A DNA stretch of 49,343 bases, from assembly GCA_003990765.1 (NCBI GenBank), contig RBNJ01000031.1, positions 1 to 49,343 of the forward strand. The letters run 5' to 3'. Of the stretch, positions 25,119 to 37,955 are shown piece by piece (the first letter of the stretch is position 1; each line of letters opens with the position of its first letter). A program made the translations under genes and the position numbers. A model generated the notes under the pieces. That model was not told the origin of the DNA, did no database searches, and worked only from the letters and a program-made list of their open reading frames with translations. Source of the stretch: Jimgerdemannia flammicorona. Lineage: Eukaryota.

Positions 25119-28100
25119 ATAGAAATGCATCCCCCCACATTCTATGGATATACTACTGAAAAGTCAATCTTGACCTTCATTGAAGACTTTGAACAATTCG
25201 CCACTATATGAGCTCTTGGTGTGGATGCTCAATTGGCCCTTCTACTAGTTAGCCTCAGAGGACCTGCCAGAGACAAGTTCAATATAGCCATCATTGCTGA
25301 TGCTGATGCAGCCAAACTTGCCAACATGAAGGCCTTCCTCAGAACAATATATTATACTGAAGAGATCAAGCAAGCTCTCAAGGATCAACTCAATACTATC
25401 TGCCAGAGACTTAGTGAAGATCCCAACTCATTCTAAATCTGAATCTGCCACTAGATTATCTTGGCTGGCTATAATGACCACCTCAAGAAACAAATAGCAG
25501 ATTTAACTTTCCTCAAAGGAGTTCACCCTGAAATTGCTCTAGCAATCCAGTATACCTCAGCTACACTGACCCTTGATCAGAAAGTGGTCTTTGCACAGAG
25601 ATATTGGACTGTCAGACACCCTGCCAAACACTCAATGGAGAAAATAACTGGCATCAAGATGGAGCCATCAAAGCCAACTAGTATCTTACCTGCCACAGTT
25701 GTAAATAGACAACAAACCCCACCTACCCCCAAGACAATCAAAGCTGACCCAGTGGAAGAACTTGCCAAGCAGTTCACCAAGATGACTACATACCTTGGTG
25801 ATATTGTTAGAGAAGTCTGAAGTGCCAACAGGAGACCAGTGCAGAGATTTGCAGCTGCTACAGAAGAACACAATATTACATGCTTCAGATGTGGAGAAGA
25901 AGGCCACTATGCAAAGAATTGCATGACTGAAACAAGATGCAAAGCCCAACCAAGTAATGCTAGCAGAACTAGAGAACAAACCAATGCAGTAGTCATCGAG
26001 GATATTGATGACACTGATGATGAAGAATACTATAAGGAGCTTGAATTCTACCCTGCTACTGAAGGTACCAGAATCTGGTCCAAGCCCTATGACAAGAAGA
26101 GCAACAGCAAGCCAGTTGGAAGACCAATGAAGACCCCAGCTATCACTATTCAAAGTAAGACTCAATCTAAGGAGATTGATCAAGACATGGAGTTAGATGA
26201 AGCTGCTCATCAAATTATTGAAGACACTACTCCAGTCTCAGGAGAAAGTGAAAGCAAGAAGGAACAGAAGCTGTGCAAGACCAAGATCTATCAGTATGAC
26301 ATCTACAAGGACCTCAAGGAACAGAAGGTCAATGCTACTTTTGGATAACTAGCTGAAGTCCCTGCCTTCAGACAGCAGTTGAGAGTAGGACTTGCAACTA
26401 CTGCCAAGAATCAAGAGTACAAGATTGTAGAAGCTCACAATGCACAGGAAGAATCTGAGAACTTAGGTGAAGAATCCGAAGACCAGCACAAGACATCAGC
26501 CTATACCCTATGTCAGATTGAAGACTATATCTTTAATACCATCATTGATACTAGTACTGGAGGATATCTCATGAGCAAGAAGACAATTAACCACCTAGAT
26601 TGGGATATTGAAGAGTCCACCAAGATGGTCTATGTTACAGTAGATAGTATACAAGCTACCCCCCTTGGTAAAATCTGAGAAGTCTCCATCAAGATAGGAG
26701 GAGCTACTATCTCAGTAGATATGATTGTTACAAGCACCACTAACTATGATATCCTCATTGGCAACCAATGGCTCCACATGGCCAAGGCCATCATTGACCT
26801 CAATGCCCAGAAGATACAGATCAACTATAGAGGAAGAAAGGTATGAGTCTCTATCAATGTCTACAAAGAAGTTCTACCAGACATAGAGGAAGGAGATGAA
26901 GAAGACACAGAGGTCTTCATGCACTTAGTGAATAAGAATAAGAATAAGATACCTAAGCTCACAGATGAGCAGTGGTACAACAAGATCATTGATAGCTATG
27001 CCCCTCAAGAAAGATGCCCCTATGGTACTAAGATATACTGCTCTGAACACCTGAATGACTACTGGTCCTGTACCAATGAAGTCAGGAAAATCCACTAACA
27101 GAAATATGAGCAAGAAGCTGCCAAAGCAAAAAGAAAAGCCAAAGAAGATGATCAGCCCCCAGAGCTCCAAGCTGACAGTGATAATGAGGAGGAACAAGAA
27201 TTAGATATCACTCTCAAGGTCAAGAAGTTTCACCCCAAAGCCAAGATCCCAGAATATAAGACTGAAGGAACCATAGGAATAGACCTTGCTAGCATTCAAG
27301 ATACTACCCTCAAACCACAAACCACCACCCTACTTGATACTGGAATTGGAGTCAAGCTGCCAGAGAACCATATCAGAATTATCAAGACCAGGAGCAGTCT
27401 GGCCAAAAGCAAAATCTCAGTTGAAAGAGGAGTAATTGACCCTGATTACACTGGTGAGATCTTCCTCATAGTCAGAAATCACAACCACACCACCCCCTTC
27501 GAAGTCAAGAAGCATGACAGGATTGGCTAGATGCTGATCTACGAAATCAAGAAGCCCAAGATCATTGAAGCCATCGAACTCATCAAGACCAAGAGAGGAG
27601 AACAAGGCTTTGGATCTACTGGAAGAGGAGCCTATGCCGCTACCAAGATTACCAAACTTAAGTACAAGAAAGACAAGGACCAGAACAAGCACACATATAT
27701 CATTGGAGAAAACTTTCCCCTGGAGGAACAGCTTCTCAAGATCCTGCACCGGAATGAAGGAGTACTTGCTATAGACTTCAGGGATATCCACAATCAAGAA
27801 CCTAAGTACTACTATGAAGTTGACACTGGTGATATCAAGCCCATCTACCAGAAAGCCAGACCCATACCACCTGCCTACAGAGAGTGGCTGTGAGCAGAAC
27901 TCAAGGAAATGGAAGAAGCCAGGATCATCAAGCAAGCTATCAGCCCCTGGGCCTCACCCATTGTCCTTGCCCCAAAGAAAGGAAGCAAGCCTGGAGAGTT
28001 TGTACCAAGACTCTACATTGACTACAGGAAGCTCAATGCCATCACCAAGAAGGATAGGCAGCCCTTGCCAAATATTCAAGAAATTCTTACCACTCTTGGA

Positions 28101-29141
28101 AGTGAAGCCAAATACTACACTACCTTGAATCTGTTCTCAGGCTTCCATCAGATTGGTCTCACTCAAGATACCAGTGAGAAATCAGCCTTCATTACACCTG
28201 ACGCCACCTATATCTACCTGTGAATGCCATTTGGAATGTGCAATGCCCCAGCAAGTTTTCAGCAAATGATGAACAGAGTCTTCAGCAACAAGATTGGAAA
28301 ATGGCTCTTTGTCTATGTTGATGATATAATCATCTTCAGCAATACTGCACAGAAACATATCAATCATATACAGCTAGCCCTCAAGAAGCTCAAGGAGTAT
28401 GGCCTCTATATCAAGCCCAAAAAATACAAGTTTGCAGCTCAAGAAATCACCTACCTAGGACATCTCATCAACCAGACTGGAATCCACACAGACTCCATGA
28501 AGATCGAGGCTGTTGCCTACCCAAGACCCAGAACAACTATAGAAGTCCATGCCTTCCTTGGACTGGCCAGCTACTACAGAAGATTCATCAAAGGATACTC
28601 CAACATTGCAGCACCTATCTACAAGCTACTGAAGAAGGAGACCAAATTCGAATGGACCAAGGAGTGCTAAGAAACCTTCAATGAACTCAAGACCAGGTTG
28701 ACCCAAGTATCTATCCTCAGAAGACCAGACTGGAACCTAGAATTCATCCTGCAGACAGATGCAAGTGCTATAGGACTTGGAGCAGTCCTAGCTCAGAAGA
28801 AAGATGGACATGAATATGTCATCTCCTATGTAAGCCAAGGTACCTGTAGAGCAGAACAGAACTATGAGTCATGCAAGCTTGAATGCTTAGCAGTAGTTTG
28901 GGCAGTAGACAAGTTCCACTACTATCTAGCTGGAAAATACTTCACTATTCAAACAGATCACTCTACTCTTGCCTGGCTATTCCACACTCTGAACCCCAAA
29001 GGAATATATGCCAGATAGATCTATAGGCTACAAGAGTATGACTGTACTGTCAAGCACCACTCAGGAAAGATCAACACCAATGCTAATATACTCTCAAAGA
29101 CACCCTGAAACACCCCCATCAAGACTATTCAATATGAATAA
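25119..29141 (+). pseudogene. pol: A2 gag-PR-dUTPase-RT-RH, one reading frame broken only by stops
   Basis: ORF-track fragments 25221, 25461, 25839, 26379, 27531, 27909, 28224 and 28698 share one frame. Motifs CFRCGEEGHYAKNC, IIDT(S), RGEQGFGSTG, SPWASPIV, YVDD, LQTDAS. Confidence 0.95.
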
Positions 29142-30381
29142 GGAGCTATACTATAGATTAATCAGCTATCTTGGGCAGTAGAAGATGTCCAACCACCTTG
29201 AACCTTGGACAATCAACATCATCAACTAGACTTAAAAACAGTTTGAATTAGACAACACTATACTCAGAAAAGGAGGAAAGCTAGTAATACCTGAACACAA
29301 GAAGTATCAAGTAATGAAGAAAGTACATGAGCAAGGACACTTAGGAGGAACCAACACATATGATAAGGCAAGAAGGACCATGTGGTAGCCTAAGATAGAA
29401 GAAGACCTGTACCAATTTGTCAAAGGGTGTGACAAGTACCAAAAACAGAAACAAGATCAGCAAGACCAGGCACCCAGGTCATCAAGAATTGAGCCTATCT
29501 CCTTCCACTACATCACAATGGATATCATTGGACTACTACCAGTAACACTATCAGGAAACTATTATATTATAGTTATTGTAGACCTCTTTACCAAATGGAT
29601 AGAGGCAGGAGCATTACAAGAAGCCAATGCCCTCTCTATAGCTGACTTCCTGTATCAAGAAATCATCTGCTACTACAAGACACCAAAGCAAATCACAACA
29701 GACCATAGAACAGAATTTGTCAATGGATTCTATGAGATAATGTATCAGAAATACAAGATCCAGCACATCAAGACCACTGCATACCACCCTCAAGGAAATG
29801 GACAGACAGAGAGAACCAATAAGACCCTTAAGAATATCCTAGCGAAGATCTCAGAGACATATGAGAATTGGGATAACTATCTCCTAACTGCCCTCTCTGT
29901 CCTACAAGACATATGGTCACAGAGTACACACTTTACCCCAAGAGAGCTGCTCTTTGGAGAAGAAGATTCTGATGGAACCTCAGCCATGAATCTAGACCTA
30001 ACTTGGAGATAGGTTGATGCAGAAATCTGGAAACTACACCAAATCAGGAAGAAGGCTGAAGATTACATCACCAAGTCACAAGTACTGATAAGGAAGAATA
30101 TAGAAAAGAATCACAAGGCCCTAGAACCCATCTGAATTGGAGAAAAGGTTCTACTGTATTGAAATATGGTAGAAGCCTCATGGTTGCAAAAACTGGAGCC
30201 CAAATGGGAAGGACCCTTCTACATACAAGATATCAAGGGAACCACCTTCTGACTTAGAAAAATCTCAATGACCATACTACCTACTATAGTACATAGGACC
30301 AGACTCAAGAAGTACTATGAATCTATACAAGAAAAGCAAAACATAATGACTGCTCATGAGGTTCTAGTCTGTGAATCATAA
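29134..30381 (+). pseudogene. A2 integrase, separate ORF
   Basis: ATG at 29134; HEQGHLGG...CDK(Y)Q; core 29518-30012 MDIIG...DLFTKW...TAYHPQGNGQTERTN; KLEPKWEGPF. Confidence 0.92.
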
Positions 30382-30694
30382 CAGCATGTCTCATGACCAG
30401 CAGGCTATCTGTCTGGACCATTCTCTAATAGATATGGCACTGGCAACTACTCATCTATGAGACTTTTGAAGTCAGAGGAGTTCGAACCATCAACTAATTG
30501 GTCAAGATCAGAATCAGACTCTTGCTCTATATAAAGAGAGCAACCCTTCACCATCATGCCAAAATACAAAGGGAAGATACCAGCCCATAAACACCACTTT
30601 TTGACCCCTTGCCAGAGGTTATGGGATCAGCAAATTTTTCAAGATTGGACCAATGAATAAGGACACTCAAGAAGATTCTTATTCAGGAGAAAGA

Positions 30695-32216
30695 TGTAAT
30701 AGTAACCTCAGAATGATGACATCAGCATGGGAGACAGCCTTTTCTCACAAGCCACTAGATTGGAGCACAAGGAGATCATATAGTATATGAGATGAGTGAT
30801 GATGACCAACTGTAAGTCATTGTGACCACAGTACAAGCATCCTGAAGAATATAAAAGAAGGATCAAGGAACTGCAGTAGCAGCAACCAATAAGAACCACC
30901 AATTCCAAAATAGCTCAAAGACTTACCATAAATGAAATGTCTGCCACTCACCAAACCTCAAGGTCAAGGAACCACCAAGGCATCTCAGTTGAAGAAAGAA
31001 TATTCCAAGATATCAGAAGAGCTATGAGGATCTACTCAAAAAGGACTCCTAGTGTTAACCTGGGTATTGCAGATTCCTATTACTTTATCCTCTACTGTCA
31101 TGAAATAGAAACAAGGATTACCATTGCTACCGAATGCCTCCAAATGTGGCAGGAGTACAAAATAGGAAACCTTCTCTGCTGGGAGTTCCCACAGGCCAGC
31201 CCTCAAGAGCTACAAGATGCCACTTCTATAGATATATGCAAGACAAGAATGGCTAAGAAGATCCATCAGATCTTCAGGCATGCACCATGGTCAATCTCCA
31301 ACTTGGAGTATATTAGAGTCTCAGATTTCAGAGATCTGTCATCCCACTATATCAATGCACTAGAAGCCAGGGTGGCTACAGAAGTCCAGTCCACTATCAC
31401 CCTCAATAGTGATGAAGTAGAAGACTTCTGGCACTCTATCCTTCAGGACAACCCAGACCAATTCCTGCAAGGGTTGATCTCAGTATTCCAAGACCCAAGC
31501 ATCCAGGTTAGATCTCTCCAAGACCCCACATTTGTCTCTTATTTTGTAGAAGAAAACCTCATAGACTGGAGAGCTCCAGATCTTATTCCTGATTTCCCTG
31601 CCGCCAAATGTGATGATGTCATCAGTGATGACATCATCCTGTACAACATTGAAGTATACGAAAATGATGAATTCACAGATCTCATCTCCTTCAGTGATGA
31701 TGATGATGATGATGAAGCCCCCATGGTCCTGAATTTTCTGCTCTAAGTTCTATATTATACTGGATAATGCCAGTACTAGTATTCTTATATAATACTGAAT
31801 AATGCCAGCACTGGTATTCTGAGGTGATGTGAAATTGTTCCAGCATCAGTATTCTGATATGATACTGAATTATACCAGCATCCTGAACCTATACAACCAT
31901 CAGTGTCAACCCTGGAACTTAGTAGTTTTAGTTATTGGAATTTATATTTAGCTTTATATCTTAGCAACTATTGAATTATATTTTGTATAAATACCCTTCT
32001 TATTTTCTCTGAAATAAAGTCAGTACAATATATACACTTCCTTACAAGCAATCTAAGAGATAACAAGATAGTTTAAAGATAAGAAGTTTGAGAACTATAA
32101 GATCTTGGGAAGGCACTTCAACAAGAACTTGCTTATAACAAACTTGAGTTAGTCTAAGAGATACACCTTGAAGAGAATCTGGCATATTTGAAGGACTCAG
32201 CAATCACTACATGATA
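30695..32216 (+). repeat. 3' LTR of A2 (1522 bp)
   Basis: TGTAATAG...ACATGATA, followed by TSD ATAG. Confidence 0.93.
30937..31746 (+). CDS. LTR-encoded accessory protein, 269 aa, unknown function (intact copy)
   Basis: Uninterrupted ATG-to-TAA ORF entirely inside the LTR; TATAAAAG ~85 nt upstream; predicted helical N-terminal half and acidic C-terminus; colinear in all four LTR-A copies. Confidence 0.8.
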   Translation: MSATHQTSRSRNHQGISVEERIFQDIRRAMRIYSKRTPSVNLGIADSYYFILYCHEIETRITIATECLQMWQEYKIGNLLCWEFPQASPQELQDATSIDICKTRMAKKIHQIFRHAPWSISNLEYIRVSDFRDLSSHYINALEARVATEVQSTITLNSDEVEDFWHSILQDNPDQFLQGLISVFQDPSIQVRSLQDPTFVSYFVEENLIDWRAPDLIPDFPAAKCDDVISDDIILYNIEVYENDEFTDLISFSDDDDDDEAPMVLNFLL

Positions 32217-33211
32217 ATAGGTAATTTCTATATAGCATGATGATCTCTGTATAGTGCAGTAGATTTCTTATATAGGATGATCTTGGTGATATTTCTTATA
32301 TGGATTTGGCAGATAACTCGATTTGGCTAACTGGGAATTGTACCAGTGCAGTTTCTTCTATACTAGGCTCACTTGATGTAAATAACTTGGATGTCACAGA
32401 TTATTCCCAAATCAGTAGCTTTAACTGGGAATGCAGATAACTTGAAAATGGCAGATGATGTGGATTCTTCCTGAAATAGTGGCTCTCTGAGAATACTACT
32501 CAGGTAGTGTAAATTCTTTCTGAATCAGCAGCTTCAACTGGGAAATAACTTGGGTTCTTGACAAGCTACATTGAGACTGGTTTTGTTTGCATGAATAGAT
32601 TACTGTAAAGTTGTATCAAGGACTGGCTTGTGGTAAGAAAGATAGGCTCTCTGAGAATGTGGCAAATAACTCAAAAGACAGTAAAGTTCTTCCTTAAACT
32701 TGGTGGCAAACTTCAGGCTTATCTGGCAAGCAAACCAAAAATGGACCCATTCTTTATATCAGAAAGTGGACCAGAGTGAAAAGGGGAATCAATGCTCACA
32801 ATCTCCTAGTAGTGGCTGTAGAGTGGGTATTTCTCCTAAGTGTTGCAATCCTTTCTGGATCAAGTGGCTTTTGGCAGGTATATCTCTCAAAGTATAATAG
32901 GCAGACTTGTCTTTTGCTTTTGAATTCAGACTTTTGGACTGAGGTTTATTCACTCTTGTCTCTGAGGTAATTTATAAATTATGGTTACTATCTAGTTGCT
33001 ATATTGCTAATTATAGATCTACTATTTATAGCAAGTTGTACAGGTCCAGCACAAGTGTGCAGGTCATGTAGGTCCTACACAGATATACCTTATCTGGTAG
33101 TCTGGCTATTTATACAGTTTTTACAGTAATGGTTGCTGGTTACTATGCTGTATGTTCACATTATCTGGCTAAGATATAATTTGGGTAGTATATCTTGGTT
33201 TATCACAATAT

Positions 33212-35563
33212 ATATAATAAATTTAGTTTATTAGAAGTATGCTCCTAGATTGTTATTCCATAAGACTGATTTTTGGACATAATTATAGTTAACCTAAACA
33301 TTATATACCAGCTACCCATTTCAGAGATATATGTAACTGTTATATGCATCACCATCACAAAATATCAATATATATGTCAAAATTGAAATTTGAGCTTGAT
33401 TCTATACTAGTGATAAAATAAGTAAGATGTTATACTAAAAGATGAGCTCAGGGATAGTTGCTTTGATGTAGTTTCTGAAGGCCAAAGAAATAATGATATG
33501 TACCATTAAAGTTCTAAACAAAGACAGAAAATCAAGTACTATCTCAGCAATTCAAAAGAAGATAATGATGTTGATTGATTTAAACCACAGCAACATAATT
33601 GCCATTTCATATCAGCAAGACAAAGGATCTCGCATTCATAATGATGGACTGTGCTGATGGGCCCATATATCTCTTGGGCATGATCAAAGAAACTGATGAT
33701 TTTATCATTCAAAGTATCTCATTAATGATATCAGAAAAATATTATATATCAAGATATAAAGCCCTTATAAGACTATTATTGATCTGACTCTGGAAGTCAG
33801 TACAGTATGTCATTAATATATACTAAGACATATATATTGAGCAATAGTTTAAAGATATCATTTATAAGGTTCTGAAAGGTTACTGGAGTATTTATTAAGC
33901 CAAAAAGTATAACTCAGAACTAATAATATCCAAATTATATCCTGAAGACCATCTTTTCCACATCTTTCTCATTAATAAGGATCTAGTAGTATCTATTTTA
34001 CAGATCTGATAGAGAGAATATCTTGGCCTTAAAGATCTGATAGAGTAGCTTATTGATCCTTAGAAGAATATACTAGTTCTTGATAATGATCTTATTGAGG
34101 GCTTGATAGTTAATATATATTTACAGTGAGCTATTCTTTTTCTTGACAAATAGTAAAATAATACTTATTTCTACCTCTCTCTTATTCTGGAAATAAGGTA
34201 TTACTTAAGGACTTGATATAAGTATATATTAAGAAGCCTTTTAATTATTCATTTCACTTAGTGGTATTTACTAAGATTTTTGAGAAAGTGCTGTTTTTTT
34301 GTAGTGAATAATAATAGAATTGCTCTTCTTTAGTAACCATAGTTACAAGAGACTTGTTCTTACTATATATAGACTAAATCTCTTATAATTCAGATTTAAA
34401 GAGATTGGTTTCTTTTTTAGATTTATATATCAGTTCTCAGTTCTGATAAAAGTTAGCTAGACTTCTAGAGTTTAGTTAGAAATACTAGAGTAACTTATAT
34501 AGATATTATTACTAAGAAACTCAGGAAAATATATATGAAGAAAGAGTTATATTTGACTAAGAGCTGAACTAAAACTACTTTATTTTAGGTATAAATTCTG
34601 AGGTATTTATATATATTAGCTAAGAGTAATTTTATAATTTTCTGGCTAAATATAAGTAGCTAAATATAGTATATATTTAGGATCTTTGTGATTATGATCT
34701 TTTATGATCAGGATTTTTGTCTATAATCAGAATAGTAGTCTATAATCAGGCTAATACTTTTGGTAGTATACTTGATTAGATAATATAGTTACTTAGATAT
34801 AGATATAGGTCTCAGTATTTAGAAGTTCTAGTATTTTATTTTTATACTTGTTTTATTTATTTTATTCATTTATAATATTATTGCTAAATTATATAATTGT
34901 TATTTATATTATATCTCACCTATTTACTTATTTTATATATAATTTTATTATATTCTTCTCTCCTTAGAAATCAATATCTATATTAATTTCTATTTTATCA
35001 ATCTTGAAGTTGAGGGTCAGTGAGAGAATATTATTCTTATTCTCATTTTTATCATTAGTATCCCACTGGTTTATGGAAGAGATAACTGATATCTCTATAT
35101 CAATGTCCAGAGTAGTGAAGTTAATAAGATCTATAAATAGTTCTTACTAGTCTATAATTATCTAAGAAGAGATAAAAGATTACTATCTAATATAGTTAGT
35201 ACTATCTAAGTAGAGAACTTGATCTTTATTTCTTAAAATATTTATTTATATGAATAAGTTTTCAAATAGATTAGAAAGACCTTGAAGTTATTAGTCAGAG
35301 TTATTATTCAGTAAGAGATTCCAATAGAGTTTACAGTCTCTAGACTTAAGAGAGATTCAAGAGTAGACTTTGATAGCTATTCTTTATTTTAGTTTATCTA
35401 CCTCTAGGTATAAGAGATTCTGAAAGTCTGTAATTTAAATAAAGTTAATATTAGAGATAGTATAGAGAGTATACCTGAAGATTTGATAAATCTTCTTAGC
35501 TAGTCTTTACTTATATCTATTTAGATTAGTTCAGATATTAATCTTGTTCACTATAAGGCCTTA
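33212..35563. mobile_element. Highly degenerate AT-rich transposon relic (possibly Gypsy protease region, + strand, near 33430-33800)
   Basis: Extreme TpA enrichment and no ORFs. Fragment LPFHISKTKDLAFIMMDCADGPIYLLGMI resembles a retroviral-type protease flap region. Confidence 0.35.
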
Positions 35564-36648
35564 ATAGTTATTGAGATAGTAACTCAATATATAGATATAT
35601 GACTTTATAATATACTCTATTCTATCAGTTTTATATCATTCATCAGTAATATGTAAAATATATAACTTAAGTATTTTGAATAAATTACTTCTTCTGTTTA
35701 TCATACAAAGATTATGAGCTTTAATTAGTAACTAGAAACTCTTCTAGTATATATACTATACTGTAAAGTATATAAATATACTAAGTATAAGTATCTATAG
35801 ATAAATATAATCATTACTAGTCCAGGTGATAAAGAAGTCTACCAGATAGTAACAATAAAGAAGTCTATCAGAGGTAATACTGAAGTCCTTCTAGATAATA
35901 GGTGAAGTTCTCTCTGATATCAAGGCAATTATAACAAAGATGTCTACCCAGATATTTGAGGTAATTACAAAGTCCTCTTTAATAGCAGAAGATAATTATG
36001 ATAAAGTCATCTGTCTAGATATTCAAGATAATTATAAGTTCTTCTAGATAGCAGATAAAGTCCTCTCTGATATTTAAGATAAACACCAATAAGATCAAAA
36101 GTACAGATATAGTAAATGAAGCCAGTATAGATAATAAGATCAAAAGTATGAATAAGGTTATAGAGAAGATTAATAAGATTAGTAACAAGACTGATAAGAT
36201 TATAAAAGAGACCAATAAGACTAATAAGGTAGAAATATTAAGGTCAACAGTATAGATAGTTTTGTTATTCAGCAAAAGTATAAATATAGCCAATAATAAT
36301 AAAGATAATATCTAGTTAATAAATTTTGATATAATATAGTATATGATATACTATATATATTATAAAGATATAATAATAGTAATAGCTATAGTAATGACAT
36401 TAGATTAAGCAGGAGTATATAGTCATCTAACAAAGTCTAGTAGCTAATCAGATATTTTTCAGACTCTTAAAAGTCTTATATTATATATATATAGATATCT
36501 CTTATTTATAAGCAAATTATATATATTATACTTCTATAAGTATTAGAATATTTTTTGATCTGTAAAAAATATATAGGATTTCTAGTTATAATTTGGGTTA
36601 TATATATAGTTCTAGTTTTTGTATATGTTATATTACTTTATACTCTAG

Positions 36649-36713
<65 letters not shown>

Positions 36714-36956
36714 TTTAGTATATATACCTTCTTGAGTAAGAGTATTGGAATAATAACTTAATATATAGGTACATGACTTTATACCACACTATATTTCATC
36801 AGTTTTATATTATTTATCAATAATATATAAAATATATAACTAAGGAGGAGGAAGGCCCAGTGGGAGCCAAGGAAGCGAACCCAGAGCCAGTATCAAAGTG
36901 AATAGAAGATATGTGGAAAGGCATGTATAAGAGGGATGAACAAAGAACATAACTGA

Positions 36957-37351
36957 TTTACTCACCTCAACTGGGAGAACCAGGTACTACCCACTATGTT
37001 ATGCTTTGATGAAGGTTTTTCTTTACCTGTTATTCTCTTTGGAGTGGCAGGGGCTATTCTATTTGGCTTGGACATGGCCTTGTACATACATTGGGTTCTC
37101 AGGCATACACTTTCGGTCATTGGTGTATGGTTGGATTTCCCCTGGTGGTAGGGAGAGCATGGTGTACAGAATGAGGTACAAGCCAATATAGGCCCTGCTG
37201 CACCTAGTATGATCAAGCTGCTGGACAATAGCTAGTCTAGATTAATGGAGGGACAGTGCTTGGTGGGTGGTGGGGGAGGGTTTTGGCCTATATAGTCTAG
37301 GTTCCCTTCCAATAAAATTCTACAGGACATGAGTCCATTAAAAAAAAAAAA
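36957..37351 (+). mobile_element. 5'-truncated LINE family L-1 copy inside the PLE pseudo-LTR
   Basis: Reverse complement of ~14960-15340; polyA; TSD AACATAACTGA/AATGTAACTGA. The empty site is seen at ~40983. Confidence 0.88.
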
Positions 37352-37955
37352 AATGTAACTGAAAATGCATCAGCCATTTATTGCTATGTAAAAACGTGGT
37401 CCTTATATACAAAATATAATGTCCCAAAAGGGAGGATGTGCCACAACTTGGAGTGAACCAAATTAGGAACCACATGACCACTGGAGATAGGTAGAGGTAA
37501 AGAGGGAGCCAATCCCAGTTACAGGATAAAAATTACAAACAAATACAAACAAAACAAATCCAAATCGAGATTAAAAAACATCTGCAGACCCTGGAGGGGT
37601 GAGCGCAAGTGAGGGGTGAGGCCAAAATGGAGTGAGCTGCAGTGAGTCTGAGCAAAGCAAGGAGCTGAAGGCAGCAGAGGGGAGCAGAGTAAGGCTGAGA
37701 CCCCGGAGTGAGTGCAAGACCCTGGAGAGGGCAAGGATGTTTTTTAATCCTCTTCAGTAGAGCTGAAGGTACCAGAAGGTAATGAAAATGCAAAATGAGA
37801 GTGATGGATTAAAGAGGAAACAGAAGAAAGATGCAAATGAGCAATCAGAGAGCATCAAGAAAGAGATAAAAGTCCATAGTGAGAAAGAGAAGAGTGCAGG
37901 ACAGTATCAGGGCATTGAGCAACCCAGTGAGCATGATCAAATGATATGATGAAAA

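Larger units (their letters stand above)
23468..32216 (+). mobile_element. Ty3/Gypsy family A, full-length copy A2 (8749 bp)
   Basis: LTRs 23468-24999 and 30695-32216, 4-bp TSD ATAG (23464-23467, 32217-32220), PBS at 25003, PPT at 30685-30694. Confidence 0.96.
11532..33207 (-). mobile_element. Ty3/Gypsy LTR retrotransposon family C (decayed; hosts A2, a LINE fragment and a minisatellite insert)
   Basis: LTRs 11532-12848 and 23176-33207 (split by A2); 4-bp TSD ATAT (11528-11531, 33208-33211); gag-PR-dUTPase-RT-RH-IN on the minus strand. Confidence 0.93.
23176..33207 (-). repeat. 5' LTR of element C in two pieces (23176-23467 and 32221-33207), split by A2
   Basis: Both pieces are colinear with 11532-12848 and end ...TTATCACA at 33207. 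Confidence 0.9.

Noticed and set aside
36555-36761. Poly-Phe and poly-Lys ORFs (also 14741-14971) and the polyT run at 44637-44678
   Set aside because: Translations of homopolymer tails; no TSD or element body could be assigned for the runs at 36655 and 44637.
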